From: Phallusia mammillata
Taxonomy: Eukaryota
Direction: 5' to 3'
Length of the DNA: 64,000 nucleotides
NCBI GenBank assembly: GCA_965637545.1
Contig: OZ281496.1
Span: forward strand, 22,692,001-22,756,000
Position 1 is the first letter of the stretch. Each line of letters begins with the position of its first letter. Shown here in pieces: positions 17,956-30,351 of this stretch. The notes under the pieces were generated by a model, which did not search any database, was not told the origin of the DNA, and was given only the letters and a program-made list of their open reading frames with translations. Made by a program: the position numbers and the translations under genes.

Positions 17956-20116
17956 TGTGTTTCAAACGGCATGTTTCCATCCTGATTCAGGTTGAACAAA
18001 ATTGAAGTCGCCACCGCCGTTATGGATATAGTTACATAAAAAGGAAATACCTTTCCTAAAAGTTAACAAATGAAGTGTCTCTTAAATGCTGTGTAGGTAA
18101 CGCGCCATGCTGGTCGAGCTGTTCAATGGTTTGGAACGGGGAACTCCCTCCTAGCAGCTACTCGTGCTACCAATCTTATTGTTGTAAAATAAAGTGAAAT
18201 CGTTTACCTAATCTAAAGTTGTAATCGGTCCCATGTTCAAGGCCGCGTCAAAATATCTAAGCCCTGATGTGGACACGAAAGCAATTTTTTGGAATGGACT
18301 AATCGTACATAAGGTGTTAAATAGCGACAACTGAGGTTGAATACTGAAAGGTGACGATGAGGAAATGAAACGTTCATGCAATCACAGTCACTCGTATGAT
18401 TATTCGCGCTTATGTTTAACTTCAATACACGATACTCCACAATATTCCTCTCATAAATGCAATAAAAAATAACACAAAACAATACAGCTTAAGTAACGAA
18501 TAACGTTTGATTTATTGCTTAAGCTAGCTTCCTTTTTTGTCTTCAGTAACTGATTTAAATGTTTCCACATTAGTACGTATAAGCGCAGCCACAAAAGCGG
18601 AGGCATTTTTACTGTAGCAATAAACGGTTTTGTCAATATCGTCCCGAAGTTTTAACTTTTATTGTAACAAACCACATAAACGTAACATAAAAATCGTACA
18701 AAAATATTGTAATGAATAAAGATCAAGCGCTTGCAAACAATATAATTGGATTTTAAAAACGATTGTCTATATTTGTGACACTATTGCTTCAAGACTCCAA
18801 TGTTCGATCCGCAATAAAATTTAAACATTATCCAATCTAAACATCATTTTATTTCCATTCCTTTGACGTAAACATAAGGATTTGCTGATCGGATGAAGTT
18901 GTTACGATTTTGGTCTCAACTTAAACGTTGCATTTCAACGGAAGTGTTATGTGTTAAATACCTCATAATTAACAAAAAAATACACATAACTCCATGCAAG
19001 CCCCGTTATCACTACATGTTGTCAGGAATTAATCTCTTAATTGTTTGCGGGGCAAATACACAACTCAAATTTTTCAGACAAAGTTTTTTTTGTGTGTTAG
19101 TTTTGTTACGCCCTCGTCGACAACAGATATGTATGGCCTTACTAAAAGTAGACGAATTGAGTTGAAAATAGTTTTAATATCAGCTAGAATGTTTGAGATT
19201 AAGTCAAGGAGATTAGTGTTTTGTGACATTCACAAACCAGTGGTATATGTCGACATGAATCTGAGCATTTTTTAGTGAAATTAGTTGTTTAATACGTCTA
19301 CCTTGTTGCCAAAAAAACGTCTATCGTAAATTGTTCTTTTTTACAATTGGTTGGCAAACGCTATTCGTTAAACTTTCTACATTGGAGGATTCATGGTTCA
19401 ATTTACTAAATAGGAGGGCAAACAAATTTCAATTACGACTTTTACGAAGGTTCACACACCTAAAATAACAGTTGCTTATAATGGGAAACATTCTTAACTG
19501 ACAATTGTTCATTGACATGACGAGTGGTAGCCATAAAGGTGTTTCAAACCTATCATCTCTAGTGTTTGTATGTGAGCTTCTAATTAGGTACTCGCGTCGA
19601 CCAAAGCCGATCCGCCTATTTGTTTGGTCTTTGCATGGCCGCGTTGTTATGTGGCGAAAGTCATTTTTCTAACGCCAAGTTTTAGAAGGCTGTGCGGTCA
19701 AGGTGACCGGGTTTAGAAATCGGCAACGTGAAAAATGGATCATACTATACATTGCCTTAGGTGTATAGTTGTAAACCAACGCGATGTTCAAATAGCGGTG
19801 TTGTGGACTTAAACGCAGTCAGATTTGCCATGTAGGTTGCTCAAAAGATAAGGTGTAAGTTATTGGCTCGTATGGGGTTCATTTTTGATTCATATTTTGA
19901 CATTATTCTTTAGTAAATCAGATCAATAAGTCAAGAATAATTTAAAGGTGTAAATCAGTATCAGTGTAAAGAGGCGCACCAAAGGTTACACAGAAAATAA
20001 CATAATAGAATTAGTTTTCAATGCAACAAACATAGCAGTAAAACTACAGGGTTTAACAACCTGTATTTCTTTTCCCTTTATTTTTAAAGAACAAAAGGTT
20101 TTTATTTCTTAGCAAA

Positions 20117-23100
20117 ATGAATCAAAGACAAGCTTTGCTTTTAGTGCTGATATGCGGAGTTTTTGTAAAAGGTAAGCAACACCTTGCCATTTTATTTAAA
20201 TCTAAAACTATTTAAGCTAAAAACAAGTTTTTTTTAGAATGTACGTGTGAAATTAATTGGGTGATTTCGGATGCGATTCGCGGAGCCTGGGAACAACAAA
20301 GAAGCAAAAACGCGGGTAAATCGGATGAGATTGTTCTAGAAGAGACGGAAGAGGTTGAAGACGTTCCGCTCATCCGAGGTCCGTGTTTTACAAAGTGCTC
20401 GATCGCCGTGGAAGACAGAAGACGGTAAGTTATATGCAGTGGTGGGATTCAGCCGGTTCGCACCGGTTCTACAGAACCGTCTCACGAAATTTTATGACTT
20501 CAGCGAACCGGTTAGCATTACTGGTTACTGTCAATGGACTTTTTGTAACAGAACCGGCTGAAAAATATGAATTTTGTGATAGAACCGACTGACAAAAAAT
20601 GTGAAACTACTGTTGTGCACGGTTGTTCGAAATTTTATTGCTTGAAGTATATATTGTCATATAGTTTGTCATATATACTGGGTCGGTATTCCTAGTCGGA
20701 TACATTCCTAATAGATGTGTCTATTTGTGGATATTATTATGGTTTAACTATTTGTCATTCTCTTTAAACGTCCGTGTCCGGTTGGGCGTTTTGTTTTTAA
20801 ATAGAACTACAAATGAAGATTTTAAAATTTTTATCCACCAAGTAAAGGATACTGCTAGTCTAAATTTGAACATTAAATCGCTTTTAAACAATAGGAATGT
20901 AACATTGAAATTTGGGTTCACTTCATTTTAAATGCCTGGAACTGCTAGATTCGAATCTTTTTGCTTCAATGCCAGGTTTAGTATTTCTATTTTCTTTTAC
21001 TAGTAATGGATTTGAGCTGTTACTTGCGCATTTGTTTATCAACGGTTGAAACTATTTTACAGGTGCACATACACAGGGACAATCAAATCGAAATGTATTC
21101 GGAAGAAATGTTGTTGGGATGACGACGAAAGCGTTGCTGATGATAAAAGATGTTACAGAAAAGAAAGTAAGTGACATTCGACAATTTTCAAATGCGTTGC
21201 GCAGATACGAGGCGAACGTTTTGGTAGCATCATACCTTTCTTTGGCTTTTTTGGTATGTATTGTTTTGTGTGATGTATATCGAAAAACAAAAACCTTATG
21301 AAGCTGAAACACAGTTACACGGCAAGTATCTGTAGATACAAAATTTGCAGATACCAGTTCATCTTTTTTTACTGTACAACTGTCAGTGAAAAACTAGTGG
21401 CTATTGTTAAGACGTACTAATTAAAGTCACACTAGTCATTTAAACCGAACCCAAGACTTTCATCTACACCCTGTAGCAGCCTACCAGTGCGAGTGTTTTG
21501 CGTATAGCGTTGTTTGAAAACCTGATTTTAATGTTTTAATTTTTCCGTTGACAAATACCACATGCACTTACGTCACATGGGACTGTGATGTCATTTCGGC
21601 ACTTTGCATTTTTTTGCAACACGCCGCCTATGGCATAATGCGACTTTTGTTCGGAATAAAGCAAATTTGTACACTTAAGTGACAAGTACACCGAATTTTG
21701 CTTTTTTACAATCATACTCTGTTTTGTATCTTAATTTACCAATTTAATCGGTAAAAACACATAAAGGTAAACGCCCACTTAAACTGAGCCGCCTTAATAG
21801 GCTACTTGTCTATTTTGCAGTAGGAATCTGTGACAATCCTAAATGCCTCGCGATTGATGTCAAGCAACGAGTCACATGTTTAGCAGCAGCGACCAATCCA
21901 AATGTGACACGTGAGAAAGCATCTTGTATTCGTGCTGAATGTTGCTGGGATGAGACTGTTGGATCTGGGATGTGCTATGACATGAGTAAGTTGCATACGG
22001 ACATCAATTTTAAACGATCCTTATTAGATTGCACGCTTTTAACGTGATGCTGAAAACATTTTTGTAACGGAACCCGTGTCTGATTTTCTGCGTGTATTAG
22101 TTTATATATTTGGATTTTAAAATACTTACGGTGTTTGACTTAATTTGGACTTTTTTGAAAATAATTTAGCAGCGGTTCCCTTGTAAATATGACAAACCTA
22201 TAGGACACTGTACACTGATAACGAGTGAACGGTGGTACTTTCGTATATTTATGTATTTGTTTGTACACAATGTGCATGTACACAAAGCTCGCGTGTCCGC
22301 TATATGAAAGTTATATTTTTTTCAGAAACTACTAAATCATCGAAGAAAATAGGAGCAGCAGTATCGGCTCAAGAAGGGTCAGCAACGATGACTTCATCTG
22401 TTTTAATCACATCCACTGAAATTCCTGTCATAAATAACATTACAACGTCAACAACCCCACTTGTGGCAGCAAATACAAGTGTTTCTAACGCGACTGATGC
22501 AGTGGCTTTCCAAGACATTGCGGCTACAGAATATACCACAACACAAGCAACAACACCAACTAAAGTAGTACAGGCAACAACATCAACAGACGTGGTACAA
22601 GCAACAACCACAACAGAAGCAGTGCCAGTAGCCACTACAACAGAAGCAGTACAATTAACAACCACAACCGAAGCAGTACAAGCAACAACCACATCAACTG
22701 AAGCAGTGCAAGCGACAACCACAACAGAAGCAGTACCAGTCGCCACTACAACAGAAGCAGTACAATTAACAACCACAACCGAAGCAGTACAAGCAACCAC
22801 TTCAACAGAAGCAGTACAATCAACAACCGTAGTACCAACAACGTTGTCAGGTTCCCGATTTCAAGTTACTGTCTCAACACTTTTTCCAGACTTCGTGCCC
22901 ACTAGCGGTCACAATCCAGTATCCCATACTCGACCCCAATCAAGGCAAGACCTATCTATGTTTGGCGGACATCAAACTACATTTCCTCAACTTTCGGTTG
23001 CTGTCAGGCCAACTGGTGAGGTTTCAAGTAGCACACACCACCCAGTAAGAAGTTCAATTGCTCCAATGACCTCCATTTCAGCTTCTAACGAGAAAGTAAA

Positions 23101-26100
23101 CCAAGATCAGATGCAAGCAAAGGACCTTGGCCATACAGACCAAGAAATTTCATTCCAACACCGTTCAACTACGATTCCACCCCTTTTTCCAAATTCCGTT
23201 AAGATTGAAGACAAATCTAGTGTGAAAACCGGAATGTCCAACGAACCGGACCCCATGTTTTTACCGTGGTCTTGGCCTGAACAAAAGGAACCTTACATTT
23301 TACCTACTACCATTTCTCCACTACCCTATCAATCCATCGCTTTTTCAACAAACCCAGTCGTCAATTGGATCAGCACAACACCGTGAGTTACTTTTTGTCT
23401 ACTTAAACAAAACACAGAAAGAAAGAGAGATCAAAATTATAAATCAACAACTTTGCAAACAGTCAATTTGATCAATCCTTTATTTTTGGCTAAAGCTGAA
23501 TTTGGCTAATCGTCTTGTTCACGGTTAACATTAAAATGTGGCGACTTTATAAACTAAAGGCGGATGCAAACGTTGCTACCTTTATTATAATATGTGTCTT
23601 GTATTTTTTAGAAAACCTTCGGTATTTTTTGTTCCCACCTCAACACCAGCGTCTAACAGGATGATAAATCCACCAGTAAAAGACTCAGATTTAGTGACTT
23701 ACAATACAGTAAGTAAACTGTACTTAACTTATCATTACGCTATTAATGAATCACAATAACAGACATAGTTTTTAAAGCTATGCATACCGTTTATTTCGTT
23801 AATCTAAATCCTAAACAGTTCACAAAAAGTGCATTTTAAATTTGCGTAGTTTATTTGTTTCATTGTACATTTGTTGTTCTTTAAAAAATACGCTTGGGTA
23901 AAGTTAACTGGTTTTGTGAAATTTAAGTGATTTTTCATGTTAAATTTATTATTTTTCTAAATTTACCGTATTTAATCCATTGTAAGCCCCACAAAGTATA
24001 GGGTAAAAAATTTTAGGCAAAGTCTTACAATCCAATAAATAAGATAGTAAATGTATGTATTGTTTAGTAAGTTTATTTTTTGTTCCATAGGCTACAAATA
24101 TAAAAACGGTAAATCCTCTTGCTCAACAAGTCTGGAGTCGAAATTTGGTTTTCTGCATGCTGGGAGAAGCCAAGCTTTGCAAACTTTCTATTATTCACGG
24201 AATGTCAATAAAACCAACCAATCAGCACAGGGGTGTCACAAGGCAACAGCCAATCACAGGCCAGCAAGGACAAACCGACTCGACAGCTCACATCGCCTCT
24301 CAACCGATTGCAAAGAAAAGCCAAAAACCGGTGTGTATTCATAAATGTTTAAACCAGAGTTGTAAGTCGGGCCGGGCTTTTCGGGCAGGGTTCGGGTTCG
24401 GGCCTGTTTCGGGTTTGTTTGTTTGTTTGTTTGTTTAAAAAAAGACGGTCCTGATTCAGGCCTGACTTTACAGTTTACACTCTGTGTCAGTATTTTTTGA
24501 AGAAATTTATCTAGCTAGGTAGCCAGTTTGCTGGACCGGGCCTAAATGTCAAACAGCCCTAAAACGCTTTGTTCAAGACCACTATTGTCTATTGTGTTTG
24601 TTTTCTTGGTCTTTCCTTAGGCTTCAATGTTAAGGCCTGTCAAGCAAACTTTCGGGATTAACGGCTTCCCAAAAACGATTCAGGTTCGGGACGGGTTTCG
24701 GGCTCCAATTTCAGGCCCGTTTACAACTCTGGTTAAAACCCAGTTGATAATGTATTTGTTCGGTTGTATAAGTTAAAAATTCAGATTGTCACCATTATGG
24801 TCAAAAGCACAGGTACGCTTCAAATCCAAAATCGATAAATCGTTTCTATTTAAATTGTCTCGTTCTTTGTACATCTGTAAAAACACTAAAAAAGTACAAT
24901 AAAAATAATGTTTTATTTGAAACTGTTCAACCATATTGTAAACAAAATGTTTCGATTTCAAACAATTTGTAAAAAGGTGGATGACTTTGTGCCAAAGACA
25001 GAAGAAGAAAAAACTGACTACTTAAAAACACTTTGCAAACTTGTTGACGAAATGGGATTGGAAGATAAAAAATGGAAAGTCACTTGTCGGGCCTTGAAAG
25101 TGGTAAGTTTACTTGACCTTGTTTATGACACTAAACGTTTTCTGGTGGCTAAACTGTTGCATTAGAATCGCCCCATTTCTAATTAGGTGGAAAACGACCT
25201 TATAGAGACCTGGATGGTACTAAATTAAAACCCAATTAAAATGTGGCATTAAAGATTTAAAGAAATAAACTAAGCGTTTGACAAATAGATATTCTGATCT
25301 TGCTCGTATTAACATTCTGGACAAAATTTTTGCTCATTAGCTGGTAAAAATGAAAGCATTACCAATTTGAGTTCACGAATCGTTGATTTCTGATCAACGG
25401 TTTAATTATTCTTAACCGTGTAAATTTAGATTTCTTATAACACATGGCAGTGGCACTGTAGCAGTATATAATATTTTATTGGTATAGCACAGCCGTTAAC
25501 CAAACGTCCTGTATAGGCTGAGGAGGCAGCAAAGAAGCCACTTCCTTCCGTAAAAGATATTGAACGTGGGATGCTTTCCGCCCCCGGAATCTCAGCTGGG
25601 AGCCAGGGTAAGCCCAGCGATTGAGTGGGCGCCGGTAGATTTTTGCAAGAGGGCACAATATGACCAGTGGTGGAATTCAAATTTTTTGTCAGCCGGTTCT
25701 GTCACAAAAGTCATATTATTCAGCCGGTTTTGTTACAAAAAGTACAATGACAGTAACCAGTAATGCTAACCGGTTCGCTGATCTCATGTAATTTCGTGAG
25801 AAGGTTCAATAAAACTGATGCGAACCGGCTGAATCCCACCACTGAACGTGACACATATACTTACAATGTCAAATAGATGTGTACATGTAGGCATAAATTA
25901 CGTACTGTATTCATCCTGAAACATTCTATAAGATGTAAAAAATCCCATTGTAACCATGCGTCCATCACGCATTTCATTACCTGTACAGTTTTGTGTGTTC
26001 GAAATACAGTAAAACGGCAGAAGTGCCCACTATTGCTCGTACGTACCGGCTACAGTGGCACCATGAGTGATTGCGATTGCCAACAACATATTAACTATTT

Positions 26101-28587
26101 TCAATGTTTACCCGATTCACCTTAATGTTGCTTTTCGAAGTAACTCTTTGTAGAAAGTGGTTTGTATATTTTATGACAACAAAGCTAGCGATGCTTTTAA
26201 AAAAATAAAAAAGCATGCCGTTACAAAGGCATGATGGTATACGCGGGTGTAGTCTAACTACCAGTTGAAATTGTATTCTATATACACCAGTACCTTGGCA
26301 GTAATGTTTTTGATCAGTTGAAATTATTAAAACTAAAAAGATTAATAGAACCTAACAAGTGTATGAGGATCATGATGTAACCTGAGGCTTTTTTATTTAA
26401 AAACTGCAGACCTCTAACCGAATACAAAACAAAATTTTGGGACTCATTTGTTTGACTGTTCTGCTTAGTCAACAACAGCGTTGGTATCCTAGATGTGCAA
26501 AACATGCATAAAATGCACAATTTTTTGTCATGTAAAAGATAATTAAGAAACAAATTTTTTCCCCTTTATAAGCGCAATCTTTATGCACAGGAGGAAAACC
26601 ACCAGCAATCAGTGGAAAAGGACGAAATGTCATCAACCTACTCACTTCAAATAGTAAGCTATGGTCATCTTATCATTAGAAACAGTAGAGTTGGGTTTTC
26701 TTGTTAACATTTCAGTAATTATTTTTTTAGTTTTCATATTTTTACCCTTTCGACTGCTAAATCGGTGCAGCAATGTTTTTTTTTACTATCTAAGCTTGTC
26801 AGGATACTTGCAGTAAGGGCAGGATGGCCGAGTGGTCTAAGGCGCTGCGTTCAGGTCGCAGTCTCCCCTGGAGGCGCGGGTTCGAATCCCGCTCCTGTCA
26901 TTAGTTTATTACTCTTTTCCAGAGAACAAATGACACTGATACTGTAGCGCAGTGGTCGGCAACCTTTTTTGCACTGCGGACCGTTTTCTAAACTAAAATT
27001 TGATCACGGACCGGCCGTCAAAAAACTAGAAATATTCAGCAATAAAAACGGATAAATTACTTTACCATCCCCGGGATGCACCGGCAAAATGTTTCCAGCA
27101 TTTAATATGAAAGAATATACGACCCGGTAACAAATCCTTGTGGACCGGTGGTTGCCGATCACTGTTATAGCGCAAATAAAAATCAATGTCAAGACTATTG
27201 ATTGCACGTTTTTTATTAGACGATGTCTGTCTTCAACAACGCCTATTTCAAACCGGTATCAACTACCCCATTCCTTGTTACACATCAGAGTTGCAAAAGG
27301 TTGATTCTGAAGCTACTTGCTTAAGCTTAGGATGTTGTTGGAGGTCTTCCATGGAAACTAGTAAGTTTTATCATGTAAAAATGCTAACAAATTTACAGAG
27401 CTCTTCTGGCAATTGTATTTCTATTCCGCTCCACAGGCACCTGCTCAAAAGATTTCTGACCCAATCATTCGTTATCGCGCATTGCTTTCGTTGCGCTGTG
27501 AGTGTGACGTGCTTGCGTATAATTCTTTTTCCTTTGTTTATCGTGCAATGTACTAAGCGCATTCAGTGTTATTCACCCTGATGAAGGCGACCTGTATAGG
27601 ACGTCGAAACGTCGGAATAAACATACAATTGCCAGAAGGGCTCCATAAATTTGATATTATGCCTTTCAGCAATAGCCTACATATAAAAATGCTAGTTAAA
27701 CACTCTACCCTCATTTTACAGTTAAAAGATGTAGGAAAGATATGTCCCAGCTAAAAAATTTAAAAGGCTTGCAGCAAAAACAATTCTGCTATTAAAAGTT
27801 TTTCAAGTCATAAAGTAAAACTTTTTTTCGTTTGCAGTCGTTTTGGACCGACTAAACATGCCTCACAACAAACTGACGTCATACATTTTGTCGAATACGA
27901 TCGGATTTTCGGACGATGATGGTGATCATGAACACTGTATTAAGCCTTTGAGCACAACAAATATTTATGCAAGTAAGTATTTATACCTACCAGATGTAAA
28001 AATTGTAATATATATTATTCTTTTTTTCATTCGGGGGCGCTATGGGGCGTTCTTGCAGCACTACATCACTTTTTGCTTTTAGCAACACCTCTCTTTCTTA
28101 AACGCATTAAAAGCGTTTTATGAAACCAATAAACCAGTGGTTCTCAAACTTCTCAAACATGCGGCGCATTAATTTTGCGACACAAAAGTTGTTGAAAGAA
28201 AGTTAATTTGCAACTTAAATTAGTGGTATAAAATAAAAATGGAAACATGAAATACAATTGTTTGGAATTTGTGATTACTTTACAATTAGAATTATGAAAC
28301 TAATTTACCACCATCATAGTTTGTTTCCTTTCGGTATAACAAACGGCTTTTTGTGTGTTATAGTGTACTGGATGTCCTATACTCGAGATATGGCTCGTCT
28401 TCAACAAGAACAACAGCAAAGCCAGCAAGCAGGCATTTCTAAAGTCGACGAAACCTCGGAAAATGCCTCATCTTTCCCCACTCCACAGGTATTGAGTTCT
28501 ACCGCACTTATATCTTGTGGAAACAACAACTGTGTCGTACAAGAATCGTTGATGTATTTTTTCATGTTGATTTGCGTTTTGGGGTAA
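20117..28587 (+). CDS. Secreted mucin-like protein with three trefoil (P-type)-like domains and a Thr-rich tandem repeat, 12 exons, about 852 aa
   Basis: Exons 20117-20171, 20238-20424, 21063-21166, 21821-21985, 22326-23382, 23612-23708, 24091-24330, 25517-25607, 26591-26653, 27220-27360, 27838-27972, 28364-28587 sum to an open frame with GT-AG sites. Signal-peptide-like MNQRQALLLVLICGVFV. Trefoil 1 reads C-x9-C-x9-C-x4-CC-W-x11-C, and trefoils 2 and 3 also carry CCW. The N-terminal half is well supported; the middle and last exons are less certain. Confidence 0.72.
20437..20612. mobile_element. hAT MITE family A, degenerate copy
   Basis: Begins CAGTGGTGGGATTCAGCCGGTTCGCACCGG like the copy at 35102. 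The right end is eroded and no TSD is recognisable. Confidence 0.7.
22560..22840 (+). repeat. Coding tandem repeat of about 27 bp (TTTTEAVQA-like) with a higher-order duplication of about 111 bp
   Basis: Repeated ACAACAGAAGCAGT units. The peptide block TTTTEAVPVATTTEAVQLTTTTEAVQA occurs twice. Confidence 0.9.
24355..24731. mobile_element. hAT MITE with TTCGGG subterminal repeats, 377 bp
   Basis: TIRs CAGAGTTGTAA / TTACAACTCTG with near-TSD GTTTAAAC / GTTAAAAC (7/8). Confidence 0.8.
25665..25844. mobile_element. hAT MITE family A copy, 180 bp
   Basis: TIRs CAGTGGTGGAATTC / GAATCCCACCACTG. Flanks AATATGAC / AACGTGAC differ only at one CG-to-TA dinucleotide, consistent with CpG decay. Confidence 0.85.
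26818..26900 (+). tRNA. tRNA-Leu-CAG: tRNA-Leu (anticodon CAG), 83 nt, within an intron of the trefoil-mucin gene
   Basis: GGCAGGATGGCCGAGTGGTCTAAGGCGCTGCGTTCAGGTCGCAGTCTCCCCTGGAGGCGCGGGTTCGAATCCCGCTCCTGTCA has a full cloverleaf with long variable arm and A/B boxes, with a TTTT run shortly downstream. Confidence 0.97.
26950..27164. mobile_element. hAT (Charlie-type) MITE, 215 bp
   Basis: TIRs CAGTGGTCGGCAACC / GGTTGCCGATCACTG with degenerate TSD CTGTAGCG / TTATAGCG. Confidence 0.78.
27389..27652 (+). mobile_element. Probable Penelope-like element pLTR relic with inverted ends and an internal hammerhead
   Basis: 30-bp inverted repeats at 27389-27418 and 27623-27652 (3 mismatches). The hammerhead core is directly followed by AATAAA. 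The Penelope assignment is inference. Confidence 0.6.
27569..27620 (+). ncRNA. Minimal type I hammerhead ribozyme (dimer-type, palindromic ACGT stem III)
   Basis: CTGATGA (27578-27584), stem II GGCG-A-CCT[GTAT]AGG-A-CGTC, GAAAC-GTC (cleavage after 27613), stem I TTATTC/GAATAA with a bulge. Confidence 0.75.
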
Positions 28588-30351
28588 CCTGACGCAAACG
28601 CACGCCCAAGGGATATATTTGACATGCATTAAGATAAATGTAAGTCGGCAAAAGTGTGGAAGTAGTGTTGTACCAAATATTCGGTTTCGAAGGAATAATT
28701 TGTTGCGATTCGGCCGAAACCGAATCTTTCACGAACACAAAGTAAAACGTGTCTTTTCTGTTTAATGAGGTACCACACAATTTTCGCCATAACTAAATTT
28801 GCGGCAGCTATTATGATTTTTAAAACATTATCGTTTTTCCCATTTAAAAAGACAAAGTTAAGTCAGTAATTCATTGGCATACTGGCAAAGGCCGAGGCAT
28901 CCTAAAGCCCACAGAACTAAAATGACAATAAAACACAAATATTGTGTTGTGTAAAACCACTGTTTGGCTCGTACGAAAACCTTTGTGTTCCAAGTGTTGC
29001 AATGATGACGTCACGCGAAGTCGTCACTACGCTTCTCTAGAAAGTAAGCAAATGCCTGTGAATTGCGAAACTTTGATGTAAAGTCTTATTTCTGGAAAAG
29101 CAAAAAGACTGGGAATATGTGCCGTATAGGCCTAAACTACATTAAACATTTGGCTTATCTACTAATCGCACTACTATATATAGTACAGGTACATCATACT
29201 TTTATTACAGACATCATCAAGTTACGGATGTGATCTATTAACGTTTGGAATTCATGTTTCGTGTGGAGATGATATTACCGACATGGATTCGTGTTTTGCG
29301 AGATCGTGTTGTTGGTTCCCTCAGTTTGGAGACGAAAAAACAAAGTGCTTTTTGCCGAGTAAGCCACTTTTGTAGCAAGTATTTAAATGTAGGTTCGATG
29401 TAGAACAAAATTTCACCTAAAAGATTTTTCTTATTGGACGTGTAGTCATATATCAATCACACCACATATGGGGCTGCGATATCCGATGTCCGGTCGTGTA
29501 CGTTTATATTCACCGACATAAAAATATTCAAATAAAAATTTGACACTAGCAGCCTGCACATAGGCTACACGTAACCTTTTTTATTTTAATTTCACATAAA
29601 ATAACCAAAACGTACTTCTTTGCAGAGGATGCATCGCGATAACAGACTAAAATTCCGGACAATTGACATTTTTCATGCAAGCCGTCGCCAAATGTACAAA
29701 GATGAGACACCATTCTATCACTTTTTTGTCAAAACAAAGCTACTTTATTTTTGGCCGGTTCCTGCGCTTTTCGCGAGCGTTTGCCATTTTTTCTGTATTT
29801 CGCATGCATTTTGAATCATAATATTTTTATTTTTTGCCCTTTTTCTTATACTTGCACTGCGCATTGGTAATAAAATATTACTTTTTTGCAACTTGTCAAC
29901 ATTTATCCTCTTAGCTTAGTACAAGGGTAAACACACGCCGAGATTATATTCACACAGTTGATCACGAAACGTCGATTCATACAGACACACACGATTTGTC
30001 ATGTGCTCTACGTGACGTCACAACCTGCGTGATCTAAAATCACGTGAACATTGGGTCATGCTTGAACGATCACTGTTTACCCTTTATTGTTCACAGTTGT
30101 AGCTGGGTACTGTTTGGGGCAAAACTTTAGTATCTTTTTGTGTTTAGCTCAAGCGTGAACGGGCCAGTGGACAGTCAGTAAAACACTTAAACGTTGCAGT
30201 TATATCTGAAAAAAAGCTAAAGAACATTTGATAATAACTTAGTGATAGTGTTATTAGTTTATAAATTACGTTTGTTTGTTAGAAGCTAAGAGTTTCTTTT
30301 CGCAGATTTACTGCTATTTTTATTGTATTTGTACTAAACCTAAAGAGTAAG

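Noticed and set aside
19130-19310. Possible MITE with GTAGACG / CGTCTAC inverted ends
   Set aside because: The inverted match is short, with no clear TSD and no second copy in the window.
22369-22800. Val/Cys/Ala-rich minus-strand ORF
   Set aside because: It is the antisense frame of the Thr-rich mucin repeat.
24773-24875. Minus-strand exon-like segment MYKERDNLNRND...
   Set aside because: It has an acceptor-like site but no partner exons or recognisable homology.
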